UHGV virus genome: UHGV-1283594 | Strand: one strand, 5' to 3' | DNA: 42,930 bases | DNA from: a virus | Shown: positions 15,074 through 22,932 of the stretch, one piece after another | Numbering within the stretch: the stretch's first letter is position 1 | How the letters are laid out: every line of letters begins with the position of its first letter | The notes under the pieces: generated by a model | Told to the model about the DNA's origin: nothing | Database searches by the model: none | The model's input: the letters and a program-made list of their open reading frames with translations, nothing else | Translations under genes and position numbers: made by a program

Positions 15074-17365
15074 ATGGAAAGAAGCCAGTATGACCTGTTG
15101 GAGGTCTTAGATCATATAGAGCCGGCTGAACTGGATTACCAGCAGTGGTTGAATGTCGGCATGGCCCTGGACCTGGAAGGATACAGCATGGATGTGTGGG
15201 ACAACTGGAGCCGGAGAGATCCCGGCAGGTATCATCCTAGGGAATGCCAGAAAAAATGGAAGGGATTTAAGGGAAATGGCTCCCCTGTGACCGGAGGGAC
15301 GATCGTCCAGTATGCCAGGGAACAGGGTTGGACGCCACCCTATGATCCGGGACATGCCCTGGGCTGGGAAGATACCATTTCCAGTGAGGAAGGCGTGTTC
15401 ATTGACCGGAACTGGGTGGAGGGAAAAGAAGTACGGGAGCCGGCCCGTTTTGATCCGGCAAAGGAACTGATCCGGTATCTGGAGACCCTGTTTGAAGCAG
15501 GGGAGAATGTAGGCTACGTGGTAAAGAGCTGGCAGAAGGATGATAAATGGCTCCCTGCAGATAAAGGATCCTTTGACCGTACTGCAGGGCAGCTGATAGA
15601 AGCACTGTCTGCCTGTGGCGGTGATATCGGCAGCGTCCTGGGAGATTATGATCCTCAGGCTGGTGCCTGGATCCGTTTTAACCCGCTGGACGGAAAAGGC
15701 GTAAGGAACGACAACGTGACAGATTTCCGTTATGCCCTGGTAGAGTCAGACAGCATGGAGATCGACAAGCAGCATGCACTGATCCGGGAGCTGGAACTTC
15801 CTGTGGCATGCCTGGTCCATTCCGGAAAGAAGAGCCTTCATGCCATTGTAAAAGTAGATGCCGCAGACTATGGGGAATACCGTAAGCGCGTGGATTATCT
15901 CTATGACATCTGCAGGAAGAATGGCCTGGAGATCGACCAGCAGAACCGGAACCCATCAAGACTGTCCCGTATGCCAGGTGTGATGCGTGGAGAGAATAAG
16001 CAGTTCCTGATCGATACCAACATTGGAAAAGAAAGCTGGGCCGAATGGAAGGAATGGATCGAGTCAGTCAATGATGATCTGCCAGATCCGGAAAGCCTGG
16101 AAGATGTATGGGACAACCTGCCGGAACTGGCCCCGTGTCTGATCGAAGGAGTGCTGCGTCAGGGGCACAAGATGCTGATCGCAGGGCCCTCTAAGGCGGG
16201 TAAATCCTTTTTACAGATAGAAATGTGTATTGCCATTGCAGAAGGCCGTAAATGGCTGTCTTGGCAGTGCTCACAGGGCCGTGTGATGTATGTGAACCTG
16301 GAATTGGACCGTGCAAGCTGTCTGCACCGTTTCAGGGATGTTTACCAGGCAATGGGGATCCGTCCGGAACACCTGGATAACATTGATATATGGAATTTAA
16401 GGGGCAAGTCCCGGCCTATGGATAAACTGGCCCCTATGCTCATCCGCAGGGCTTCCAAGAAGAATTACATAGCCATTATCATCGATCCGATCTACAAGGT
16501 CATCACAGGTGATGAGAACAGTGCAGACCAGATGTCCAATTTCTGTAATCAGTTCGATAAGGTCTGCACGGAACTGGGCGTGGCCGTGATCTACTGTCAC
16601 CACCATTCTAAAGGCAGCCAGGGCAGCAAGAAGTCCATGGACCGTGCATCCGGTTCCGGTGTATTTGCCCGTGATCCGGATGCAATGTTGGATATGATCG
16701 AGCTGGACCTGTCCGAAGATGCCCTGAAACAGGAAGAGAATAAAGCTGTATGTGAAGCATGCAAACAGTATCTGGACTCCCATTTTAAATGGGAAGATGA
16801 CCTGTCCCAGGATGATCTTTGCAGCAGTTACCAGATGCTCAATTACTGCGAAAACAAGCTGGATGTGTGGCAGTGGGCAAACCTTCAGAAGATGGTGGAA
16901 GCAGCCAGGATAAGGGCCAGGAGTGTTACAGCGTGGCGTATTGAAGGCACTTTAAGAGAGTTCCCGAAGTTTCCGGCAGTCAATGCTTGGTTCAATTATC
17001 CGGTCCATACCATTGATCAGGTAGGGATCTTGAGTGATATTGAGCCAGAGACGGAGAAACCGCTTTGGCAAAAGGCAGCGGAAAAGAGAAAAGAACTGGC
17101 TCAAAAAGCGAAGGAAAAAAAGCTCAGTTCCTTTGAAGTAGAGTTTGCCAACATTGAATTTGAGGGCCGTGAGGTGCCTGCCCAGGAGCTTGCAGATAAG
17201 CTTGATACATCATCAAGGACCCTGCTTTCATGGTTAGGGGACAGCAATAAAAGGAAGAAAGATCTGGCAGATCATTATGAAAAATATCAGGGAGCTGATA
17301 ACAAAATGTATATCAGAAGAAAGGAAAAACAGGGTGCGCCAGACCAGAAAAACGGCGCAGTCTAG
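15074..17365 (+). CDS. Primase-polymerase/helicase fusion (N-terminal PriCT-2-like region + prim-pol + AAA_25/RepA-like ATPase)
   Basis: N-terminus YQQWLNVGMAL...W..WS...Y..C...W. Central segment DFRYALVESDS...LVHSGKKSLHAIVKV. Walker A LIAGPSKAGKSF. Walker B IAIIIDPIYK. Confidence 0.75.
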   Translation: MERSQYDLLEVLDHIEPAELDYQQWLNVGMALDLEGYSMDVWDNWSRRDPGRYHPRECQKKWKGFKGNGSPVTGGTIVQYAREQGWTPPYDPGHALGWEDTISSEEGVFIDRNWVEGKEVREPARFDPAKELIRYLETLFEAGENVGYVVKSWQKDDKWLPADKGSFDRTAGQLIEALSACGGDIGSVLGDYDPQAGAWIRFNPLDGKGVRNDNVTDFRYALVESDSMEIDKQHALIRELELPVACLVHSGKKSLHAIVKVDAADYGEYRKRVDYLYDICRKNGLEIDQQNRNPSRLSRMPGVMRGENKQFLIDTNIGKESWAEWKEWIESVNDDLPDPESLEDVWDNLPELAPCLIEGVLRQGHKMLIAGPSKAGKSFLQIEMCIAIAEGRKWLSWQCSQGRVMYVNLELDRASCLHRFRDVYQAMGIRPEHLDNIDIWNLRGKSRPMDKLAPMLIRRASKKNYIAIIIDPIYKVITGDENSADQMSNFCNQFDKVCTELGVAVIYCHHHSKGSQGSKKSMDRASGSGVFARDPDAMLDMIELDLSEDALKQEENKAVCEACKQYLDSHFKWEDDLSQDDLCSSYQMLNYCENKLDVWQWANLQKMVEAARIRARSVTAWRIEGTLREFPKFPAVNAWFNYPVHTIDQVGILSDIEPETEKPLWQKAAEKRKELAQKAKEKKLSSFEVEFANIEFEGREVPAQELADKLDTSSRTLLSWLGDSNKRKKDLADHYEKYQGADNKMYIRRKEKQGAPDQKNGAV

Positions 17366-17590
17366 TGCAGTCATGCGCAGGTGCGCTGAACCAGGAATTT
17401 ACGGTCCGGCGCACGGTGCGCATAACCTGGGTTTGGTGCAGTCCTGCGCAGTGCGCCAAAAGGGGTGCGCCGGACCTATACTTACGTATAGTGGTGTAGC
17501 GCACCCCTCTATGCGGGGGTAGGTAGTCGTGCGGAAGCTGTCGCACGACGACCACCCACCCCACAGACACAGAGGGCACCAAACCTAGAT
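17366..17590. repeat. GC-rich repeat block (TGCGCA/GTGCGC iterons and an 8-bp perfect inverted repeat): candidate replication origin
   Basis: TGCGCAGGTGCGC (17374-17386), GCGCACGGTGCGCA (17410-17423), TGCGCAGTGCGCC (17446-17458), GGGGTGCGCC (17462-17471), GTAGCGCACCCC (17497-17508), GTCGTGCG-gaagctgt-CGCACGAC (17526-17549). Lies immediately after the primase/helicase gene. Confidence 0.4.
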
Positions 17591-17609
17591 GACCCGGAAA
17601 GGAAACAAG

Positions 17610-17996
17610 ATGGAATTTTTTATGGCAATGGTGCCACCGACCGTGACACACCAGGAGAAGCAGGTACATGTGGTAAAAGGCAAGCCTGTTTTTTATGAAC
17701 CGGCAGATCTGAAAGCTGCCAGGCAGAAACTGATGGGGCATCTGGCCGGACACAGACCGGAGCAGCCATTTGATCAGGGAGTACGTTTGATGGTCAAGTG
17801 GTGCTTCCCTAAAGGGAAACATGCAGACGGTGAATACCGGATCACAAAGCCAGATACAGACAATCTCCAGAAGCTTTTAAAAGACTGCATGACAGCTTGC
17901 GGATTTTGGAAAGATGATGCCCTGGTAGCTGCAGAGATGGTCGAGAAGTTCTGGGCAGAGATTCCAGGGATCTATGTGAGGATAGAGGAGATATGA
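17610..17996 (+). CDS. rusA: RusA-family Holliday junction resolvase
   Basis: KPDTDNLQKLLKDCMTACGFWKDDALV matches the RusA catalytic Asp-rich motif. Start ATG 17610 has GGAAAGGAAA upstream. Confidence 0.8.
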   Translation: MEFFMAMVPPTVTHQEKQVHVVKGKPVFYEPADLKAARQKLMGHLAGHRPEQPFDQGVRLMVKWCFPKGKHADGEYRITKPDTDNLQKLLKDCMTACGFWKDDALVAAEMVEKFWAEIPGIYVRIEEI

Positions 17997-18238
17997 CACT
18001 GGATGATGTGGTGATCCTTTCAGACCAGCAGGTCAAAGGGATTTATTATGACGTATACAATGGATTCTGGAAGCGCTACAGCAAAGCAGTACCATCCTGG
18101 CAGTCAGAGGAATGGGATGAGATCGTAAAGCAGGCCCGCTTCCTGATGGAACGATATCATTCCTGTCCGCTGATAGTTCACCAGATACAGGACTTGCTGG
18201 ATCAGTTGGAAGCCAGAAGTAGGAAAGGGGAAAAATGA
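17993..18238 (+). CDS. Hypothetical protein, 81 aa
   Basis: ATGA overlap with rusA. No recognisable motif. Confidence 0.4.
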   Translation: MTLDDVVILSDQQVKGIYYDVYNGFWKRYSKAVPSWQSEEWDEIVKQARFLMERYHSCPLIVHQIQDLLDQLEARSRKGEK

Positions 18239-18375
18239 ATAACAGCAAGAAGATACCCGTCCCAATCTGCTGCATCTGCCAGAAGGTGATCAATGGGGAT
18301 GCAGAGTGGATCAGGACAAAGAGAGGGACGGTGTTGTACATGCATAAGGAGTGCGTAAGGAAGGAAAAATGGTAA
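18235..18375 (+). CDS. Small Cys-rich protein (46 aa, CCIC...HKEC)
   Basis: MNNSKKIPVPICCICQKVINGDAEWIRTKRGTVLYMHKECVRKEKW. ATGA/TAATG coupling on both sides. Confidence 0.35.
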   Translation: MNNSKKIPVPICCICQKVINGDAEWIRTKRGTVLYMHKECVRKEKW

Positions 18376-18770
18376 TGGATACAATATGTCGTAGGGATAT
18401 AAAGCTAAGTGATTATAATATTTCAAGAGCAAAATACAACGAGTTAAAGTATTTTTGCATTCAGTACGCTGAAAAGAAGCAGAAGCTCCAGGATGCGTAT
18501 GGGTTAAAGGCAACAGTAAATGACGGTATGCCTAAGAGCAACCTGTCAGGTGACTCTACGGCCCAGGAAGCAGTCCGAAATGCTATGATGCAGGAAGATA
18601 TCCAACTCATTGAGGAAACCGCCAGAAAAGCCTCTCCTGAGATTTACAAGTGGATATTGAGAAATGTTACAGAGGGAACACCATACGAATGGATGGACGT
18701 TCCAGTGGGACGAAGGCAGTTTTATGAATACCGCAGATATTTTTTCTATCTGCTGGCGCAGAAAAGATAG
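18375..18770 (+). CDS. ArpU-like late transcriptional regulator (sigma region-4-like), 131 aa
   Basis: Size, position (last gene before the late region) and the MDTICRRDIKLSDYNISRAKYNELKYFCIQYAEKKQKL pattern fit the ArpU family of Firmicute phages. Assigned from memory, not from a search. Confidence 0.45.
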   Translation: MDTICRRDIKLSDYNISRAKYNELKYFCIQYAEKKQKLQDAYGLKATVNDGMPKSNLSGDSTAQEAVRNAMMQEDIQLIEETARKASPEIYKWILRNVTEGTPYEWMDVPVGRRQFYEYRRYFFYLLAQKR

Positions 18771-18845
18771 TTTATAAAAATTTTATAATTATTGTATTGG
18801 TGTGAATATGCAAAATTGAATAGACTAATCAGAAAAATTGAATAT

Positions 18846-18895
18846 CTGTTACTACCTGTTACTATCTTTCACTATTTGTTATTATCTTTCGTATT
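18846..18895. repeat. Five tandem 10-bp units (CTGTTACTAC, CTGTTACTAT, CTTTCACTAT, TTGTTATTAT, CTTTCGTATT) in an AT-rich non-coding region
   Basis: Direct reading. Helical-turn phasing. A separate direct repeat AAAATTGAATA occurs twice at 18816-18845. Confidence 0.5.
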
Positions 18896-19011
18896 TTGCT
18901 TTGATATTTCCAAAACGGAAAGACCTAATTTTAGAAATTGCAGTGAAGTGTGTAATTGTGTAGACAATTCAGCTGGTTTACATTGAAGGATGACTGTGAT
19001 ATGTTGTGAAA

Positions 19012-19040
19012 GAGCCACCTACTCAGTGGTGGGTGGCTTA
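19012..19040. terminator. Hairpin AGCCACC ... GGTGGCT downstream of the minus-strand XRE gene
   Basis: 7-bp stem with a 12-nt loop. Confidence 0.35.
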
Positions 19041-19463
19041 TTGATGAAAAAGTTTTTGAGTTAAATAAGTGACATAGTCAGAGGTTTCAAGGACTAATCG
19101 CTTTAATTGGCTGACGGTAACAATAACGGAATTTTTGGTTTTGTTGTTTTCGATATCACAAATCGTAAACGTTCCATCTGGATTTTCATTAAGTTCGAAT
19201 CCAGACAGAGTTAGTAGATATTCAGCAGTGTTTGTTGCCATACTTCCAGTTTCACCGTATATCAAATACGAAACAGACACATCGAGTACATCAGCAATAC
19301 GCTTTAGAGTATCGTGATTAGGTTCTCGATTATTGTTTTCATAGTTTGAATAAGTCGAATATGGAATTCCCAATGCTTCGGCAACAGCTCGTTGAGATAT
19401 TTTTTTATCCATTCTGATACGCTTGATGCGTGTTCCAATTTTTATGATTTCGTTTAGACTCAT
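19038..19463 (-). CDS. XRE-family HTH regulator (141 aa), divergent from the RHH/Bro operon
   Basis: HTH IGTRIKRIRMDKKISQRAVAEALGIPYSTYSNYENNNREPNHDTLKRIADVL. ATG at 19463 preferred over the track GTG at 19472 because GAGGTG lies 7 nt upstream. Confidence 0.8.
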   Translation of the reverse strand: MSLNEIIKIGTRIKRIRMDKKISQRAVAEALGIPYSTYSNYENNNREPNHDTLKRIADVLDVSVSYLIYGETGSMATNTAEYLLTLSGFELNENPDGTFTICDIENNKTKNSVIVTVSQLKRLVLETSDYVTYLTQKLFHQ

Positions 19464-19575
19464 AATATTCACCTCTGAATATATTTTAGCATAAAATATT
19501 CAAATTTGCAAACATACACTTGACATATTCAATATTGAATATTATAATTCACATATATTCGATAGCGAATAGAAG
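19464..19575. promoter_or_regulatory. Divergent control region: TTGACA-17-TATAAT promoter with an 18-bp perfect palindromic operator in the spacer, plus three related ATATTCA half-site palindromes
   Basis: TTGACA 19520-19525 and TATAAT 19543-19548. Spacer is ATATTCAATATTGAATAT (19525-19542). Further palindromes at AATATTCAcctcTGAATATA (19464-19483), TATTCGATAGCGAATA (19556-19571) and CAAATTTG (19501-19508). Confidence 0.6.
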
Positions 19576-19587
19576 GGAGGCGAGACA

Positions 19588-19731
19588 ATGAAGCGAGTAG
19601 GAATTATCATGGATGACGAGCTTCACAAGCAGTTAAAGCATATGGCGGTAAACGAAGGCAGAACAGTAACTGACATTATCGTAGAGCTTGTGAAAGCGGA
19701 AGTTGAAACAAAAAAAGAGCAGTCACGGTAA
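19588..19731 (+). CDS. Arc/Mnt/CopG-like ribbon-helix-helix repressor, 47 aa
   Basis: MKRVGIIMDDELHKQLKHMAVNEGRTVTDIIVELVKAEVE fits the RHH beta-strand-helix-helix pattern. RBS GAAGGGAGG. Not in the ORF track. Confidence 0.55.
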   Translation: MKRVGIIMDDELHKQLKHMAVNEGRTVTDIIVELVKAEVETKKEQSR

Positions 19732-19833
19732 GTTTGGCGACCGACGTGATTGCTCAAAAATCGAAACCTGTAAACCCAGGAATCACCTTGTATTGTAAGG
19801 GATTCCGCCAGAAATTGCAAGGAGGAAATTGCA

Positions 19834-20652
19834 ATGCAGAATTTAATGATTTTTGAAGGACACAATGTAGAGGTATTTGAACTGAATGGACAGGTATTAT
19901 TTAACCCGTATCACGTTGGCACATGCTTAGAACTGGGTGACAGCGCAGTAAGAATGGCCATTGCCAAAATGAACGAAAAGCAGGTTGTTAAGATTAAAAA
20001 TTCGGATGTCAGTAAAGTTGACATCCGAAAATTGAACAATGCGGGTGAGAATTTTCTCACAGAAAGCGGTGTGTATAAGCTGGTATTCAAGAGCCATAAA
20101 CCAAACGCAGAAGCCTTCACGGACTGGATCGCAGATGAAGTTCTTCCAACACTTCGCAAGACCGGTTCTTATGAGATGCCAAAGCAAGACAAGCCCAAGA
20201 AGGAAAAATTGCCGTCTGTAAACATGATGGTGAAGAATGTTAAAGCTGCATTACATGATGCCGGAGTGGATTCTAAGTACATAGCAGCAGAAGTAATGAG
20301 GATTTATTCCGATTCAGGTTATCCAGTTAATGCCCCAGTAATCTCAGACGAACCAAAATTGTGGGACTGCACAGGTATTGCCAAAGAGTTAGGTATTTTT
20401 TCCGAGTCTGGCAGACCACATGATAAAGCAGTCAGTGCCATTATTCAGAAGCTGGATATTTTTACAGATGAGATTGTGAGAACTGCTTACAGTCGGAATG
20501 GTCATGACGGTGTTACAGTTCAGTATAAGGGAAGTGTTCTGGAGAAAGTCAGGGAATGGCTGAATGAGAATGGTTATCCGATTGTGATTGAGCTTATGCT
20601 CTCCAATGGCAATAGCAATAAATGCAAGGTTGTTTATGGGGAGGTGGCGTAA
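19834..20652 (+). CDS. Bro-N/KilA-N-domain prophage antirepressor with a C-terminal domain
   Basis: N-terminus FEGHNVEVFELNGQVLFNPYHVGTCLELGD...ENFLTESGVYKLVFKSHKPNAEAFTDWIADEVLPTLRKTGSY is a clear Bro-N signature. Confidence 0.8.
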   Translation: MQNLMIFEGHNVEVFELNGQVLFNPYHVGTCLELGDSAVRMAIAKMNEKQVVKIKNSDVSKVDIRKLNNAGENFLTESGVYKLVFKSHKPNAEAFTDWIADEVLPTLRKTGSYEMPKQDKPKKEKLPSVNMMVKNVKAALHDAGVDSKYIAAEVMRIYSDSGYPVNAPVISDEPKLWDCTGIAKELGIFSESGRPHDKAVSAIIQKLDIFTDEIVRTAYSRNGHDGVTVQYKGSVLEKVREWLNENGYPIVIELMLSNGNSNKCKVVYGEVA

Positions 20653-20867
20653 TGACATATTCAGAATTTTGTGATCAGATTGCACCGTCTGTTTTAGAAC
20701 TGGAAAAAGAATGCAGCAAAATGAGTTTGGAAGAATTTAAAGAATTCCGTGAGGATGTTATGCACGAAGCTGGAAAGCATAATTATAGCAAGAAGTTTAT
20801 GTCCGCCGTGCTTGATATGATATATGGTCATCTGTTTTTTAAAGATACTGCACAGGGGGTAGCCTAA
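20652..20867 (+). CDS. Hypothetical protein, 71 aa
   Basis: TAATGA coupling with the Bro gene. Confidence 0.3.
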   Translation: MTYSEFCDQIAPSVLELEKECSKMSLEEFKEFREDVMHEAGKHNYSKKFMSAVLDMIYGHLFFKDTAQGVA

Positions 20868-20868
20868 A

Positions 20869-21078
20869 GTGAATGTTCAGGAAGAATTAAGAATAAATGG
20901 ATATCAGCCTACAGTTGGATATCCAGGAACGGATATGGGAGATTTTTTCAAAGGGTTAATGGATAGATATAAATGTGAATGCTCACCATTTATGCTTTCA
21001 GTGGCTTATACATATGGAGTGATTCAAGGAAAGAGAGAAGAACGATTCAGAAGAAAAAATAAAAAAGTGGGTAACTAG
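20869..21078 (+). CDS. Hypothetical protein, 69 aa (GTG start)
   Basis: ORF only. Weak RBS. Confidence 0.25.
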   Translation: MNVQEELRINGYQPTVGYPGTDMGDFFKGLMDRYKCECSPFMLSVAYTYGVIQGKREERFRRKNKKVGN

Positions 21079-21189
21079 AGAGGGGTACTTCCGTGATATT
21101 ATGGTAGCATGAATTAAGCCAAAGGCATACGGCCGGCGGCTTACGTCGAACCCCACCAGGCAGCAGGCGAAAGCTTGTTGCCTCCCCCC

Positions 21190-21257
21190 TTGGAACGTAG
21201 CTCAGAGGTAGAGCAATGGCTTGTGTCCTAAGCGAAGGTTCGAGTCCTTCCGTTCCG
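21190..21257 (+). pseudogene. tRNA-like element / degenerate tRNA: canonical acceptor, D-arm and T-arm, but a truncated anticodon region
   Basis: TGGAACG-TA-GCTC-AGAGGTA-GAGC ... GAAGG-TTCGAGT-CCTTC-CGTTCCG-A. The 7-bp acceptor pairs fully (U1.G72). Only 19 nt lie between the D- and T-arms where 22-23 are expected, so no proper anticodon stem forms. A 7-bp hairpin (GGCAGCA...TGTTGCC, 21160-21183) sits just upstream. Confidence 0.35.
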
Positions 21258-21299
21258 ATGATTTTAGTTGCTATTTTTGTACTTCCCCTTTTTTCTTGG

Positions 21300-21338
21300 A
21301 AGCCTCTGTTAGATGCAGGGGCTTTCTTTTTACTGTAT
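21300..21338 (+). terminator. Rho-independent terminator after the tRNA-like element
   Basis: AAGCCTCTG-ttagatg-CAGGGGCTT followed by TCTTTTTACT. Confidence 0.5.
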
Positions 21339-21376
21339 TTAGGAGTATGATAAATAAAACTGAAGGGGGAGAAATT

Positions 21377-22150
21377 ATGAAATGTGCAAAATGCCTTTTA
21401 AACAAATTAAAAAACAGCCGTTTGGGGTTAGGAATAATAGTGTTGCTAATAATAGCAGTGCTTTTCCCGTTTTTAACGATTGGCTTAATAACGCCGATTG
21501 ATAATCCACCTCAATGGCTGAATGGAATATGTACTTTTTTGTCTAATGTTAAAGAAAGTAGTGATTGGATTGGCTTTTGGGGAAATTATTTTGGAGGTGT
21601 AAGCGGTGGCATAATTACAATTACGGTTTTCTTTTGGACTATTAAGGACTCGGAGGAAACAAGAAAAGAAGAAAAAAGATTACAAGTAATGCCGGTGTTT
21701 GATTATGTAGTTGTCGGAAAAGCATTTGTAACTTATGAAAAGGATTTATTATGTAATGCAGTTGCCCCAGATAGAAAAAAAGATACTTATAGTTATAGGC
21801 TAAATATTAGTTTACAAATCTGTAATATTGGTCTAGGACCAGCTCAAAAAGTATTTTTAAAAAGTTGTAAATATGGGGCAATTGAACAGACTCGTAAAAT
21901 GATAGGTACAATTCCAAAAGGATCTAATAGAATTATTCAAGAAAACTTTAAATTTTTAAATAATGATGATCCTACTAACGGATATCCTAAGACAATTCAT
22001 TTAGTTTTTGGATTTAAGGATATGCTTGGGAATGAATATGAACAGCAGTTTGACATGAATATACAGCGTATTATTATGGAAAAGGGAGAGTGGTGGGATA
22101 TAATCATAATAAATGATGATCCAGCTAACCTTATAAGTACATATAATTAA
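21377..22150 (+). CDS. AT-rich moron: two-TM membrane protein (257 aa) with a C-terminal soluble domain. Candidate superinfection-exclusion/abortive-infection protein.
   Basis: Start ATG 21377 has AAGGGGGAG 7 nt upstream (the track ORF starts upstream, with no RBS). TM1 LGLGIIVLLIIAVLFPFLTIGLI. TM2 IGFWGNYFGGVSGGIITITVFFWTI. Composition is visibly much more AT-rich than the flanking genes. Confidence 0.55.
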   Translation: MKCAKCLLNKLKNSRLGLGIIVLLIIAVLFPFLTIGLITPIDNPPQWLNGICTFLSNVKESSDWIGFWGNYFGGVSGGIITITVFFWTIKDSEETRKEEKRLQVMPVFDYVVVGKAFVTYEKDLLCNAVAPDRKKDTYSYRLNISLQICNIGLGPAQKVFLKSCKYGAIEQTRKMIGTIPKGSNRIIQENFKFLNNDDPTNGYPKTIHLVFGFKDMLGNEYEQQFDMNIQRIIMEKGEWWDIIIINDDPANLISTYN

Positions 22151-22223
22151 TGCTAACAAGTAGGAGTCACCCAGCGTGGCTCCTTTTCTATACCCAAAAC
22201 CGACGAAAGTGAGGTGAACGGAC

Positions 22224-22931
22224 ATGGCCAGAGCGCCGGATCCAAGAATAGAACAGGCGAAGGCCATGTATCTGGAAGGAGAGAAATTGGTTGAGATTGC
22301 AAGTCAACTAAATCTGCCGGAAGGGACGGTACGTCGTTGGAAGTGTACGCATAAATGGGATAACGAACGTTCGGGTAAGAAAAACGAGCGTTCGCAAAAA
22401 CGTAAACGGGGCGCTCAGCCAGGTAACCATAACAGCTCTGGTGGACCTCCGGGAAATAAGAAAGCAGAAAAATTCGGTTTCTTCAGCAAGTATCTGCCTG
22501 AGGAGACCGTTTCTATTATCCAGGAGATGCCGACGGACCCGCTGGATGTCCTCTGGGATCAGATCCAGATTGCTTATGCGGCTATTATCCGGGCACAGCA
22601 GATCATGTATGTGCGTGATCGGGATGATAAAACAATCGAGAAAATCGAGGAGAAAGACGGCAACGTGATCGGGGAACGCTGGGATGTACAGCATGCCTGG
22701 GACAAGCAGGGAAAATTTCTACAGGCCCAGGCCAGGGCACAGTCGGAGCTTCGCAGCCTGGTTAAACAGTATGACGAGCTGTTGCATAAGCGTTGGGACC
22801 TTGCCAGTGATGAACAGAAAGCCCGCATAGCTCAGATCAAGGCCCAGACGGACAAACTTAAGGGTACTGACAACGAAGAGGAGCTGAGCCGCCTGGATCA
22901 GGTTCTTAGTGAGATCAAAGGGGTTGTATAG
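22224..22931 (+). CDS. Terminase small subunit (HTH N-terminus)
   Basis: N-terminus IEQAKAMYLEGEKLVEIASQLNLPEGTVRRWK is terS-like. Immediately upstream of and overlapping terL. Confidence 0.7.
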   Translation: MARAPDPRIEQAKAMYLEGEKLVEIASQLNLPEGTVRRWKCTHKWDNERSGKKNERSQKRKRGAQPGNHNSSGGPPGNKKAEKFGFFSKYLPEETVSIIQEMPTDPLDVLWDQIQIAYAAIIRAQQIMYVRDRDDKTIEKIEEKDGNVIGERWDVQHAWDKQGKFLQAQARAQSELRSLVKQYDELLHKRWDLASDEQKARIAQIKAQTDKLKGTDNEEELSRLDQVLSEIKGVV

Positions 22932-22932
22932 T

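Noticed and set aside
17277-17822. ORF 17277-17522 (+) and ORF 17313-17822 (-) across the GC-rich repeat block
   Set aside because: They cover the iteron region and the rusA start in the wrong frame or strand. Their high GC makes long spurious ORFs likely.
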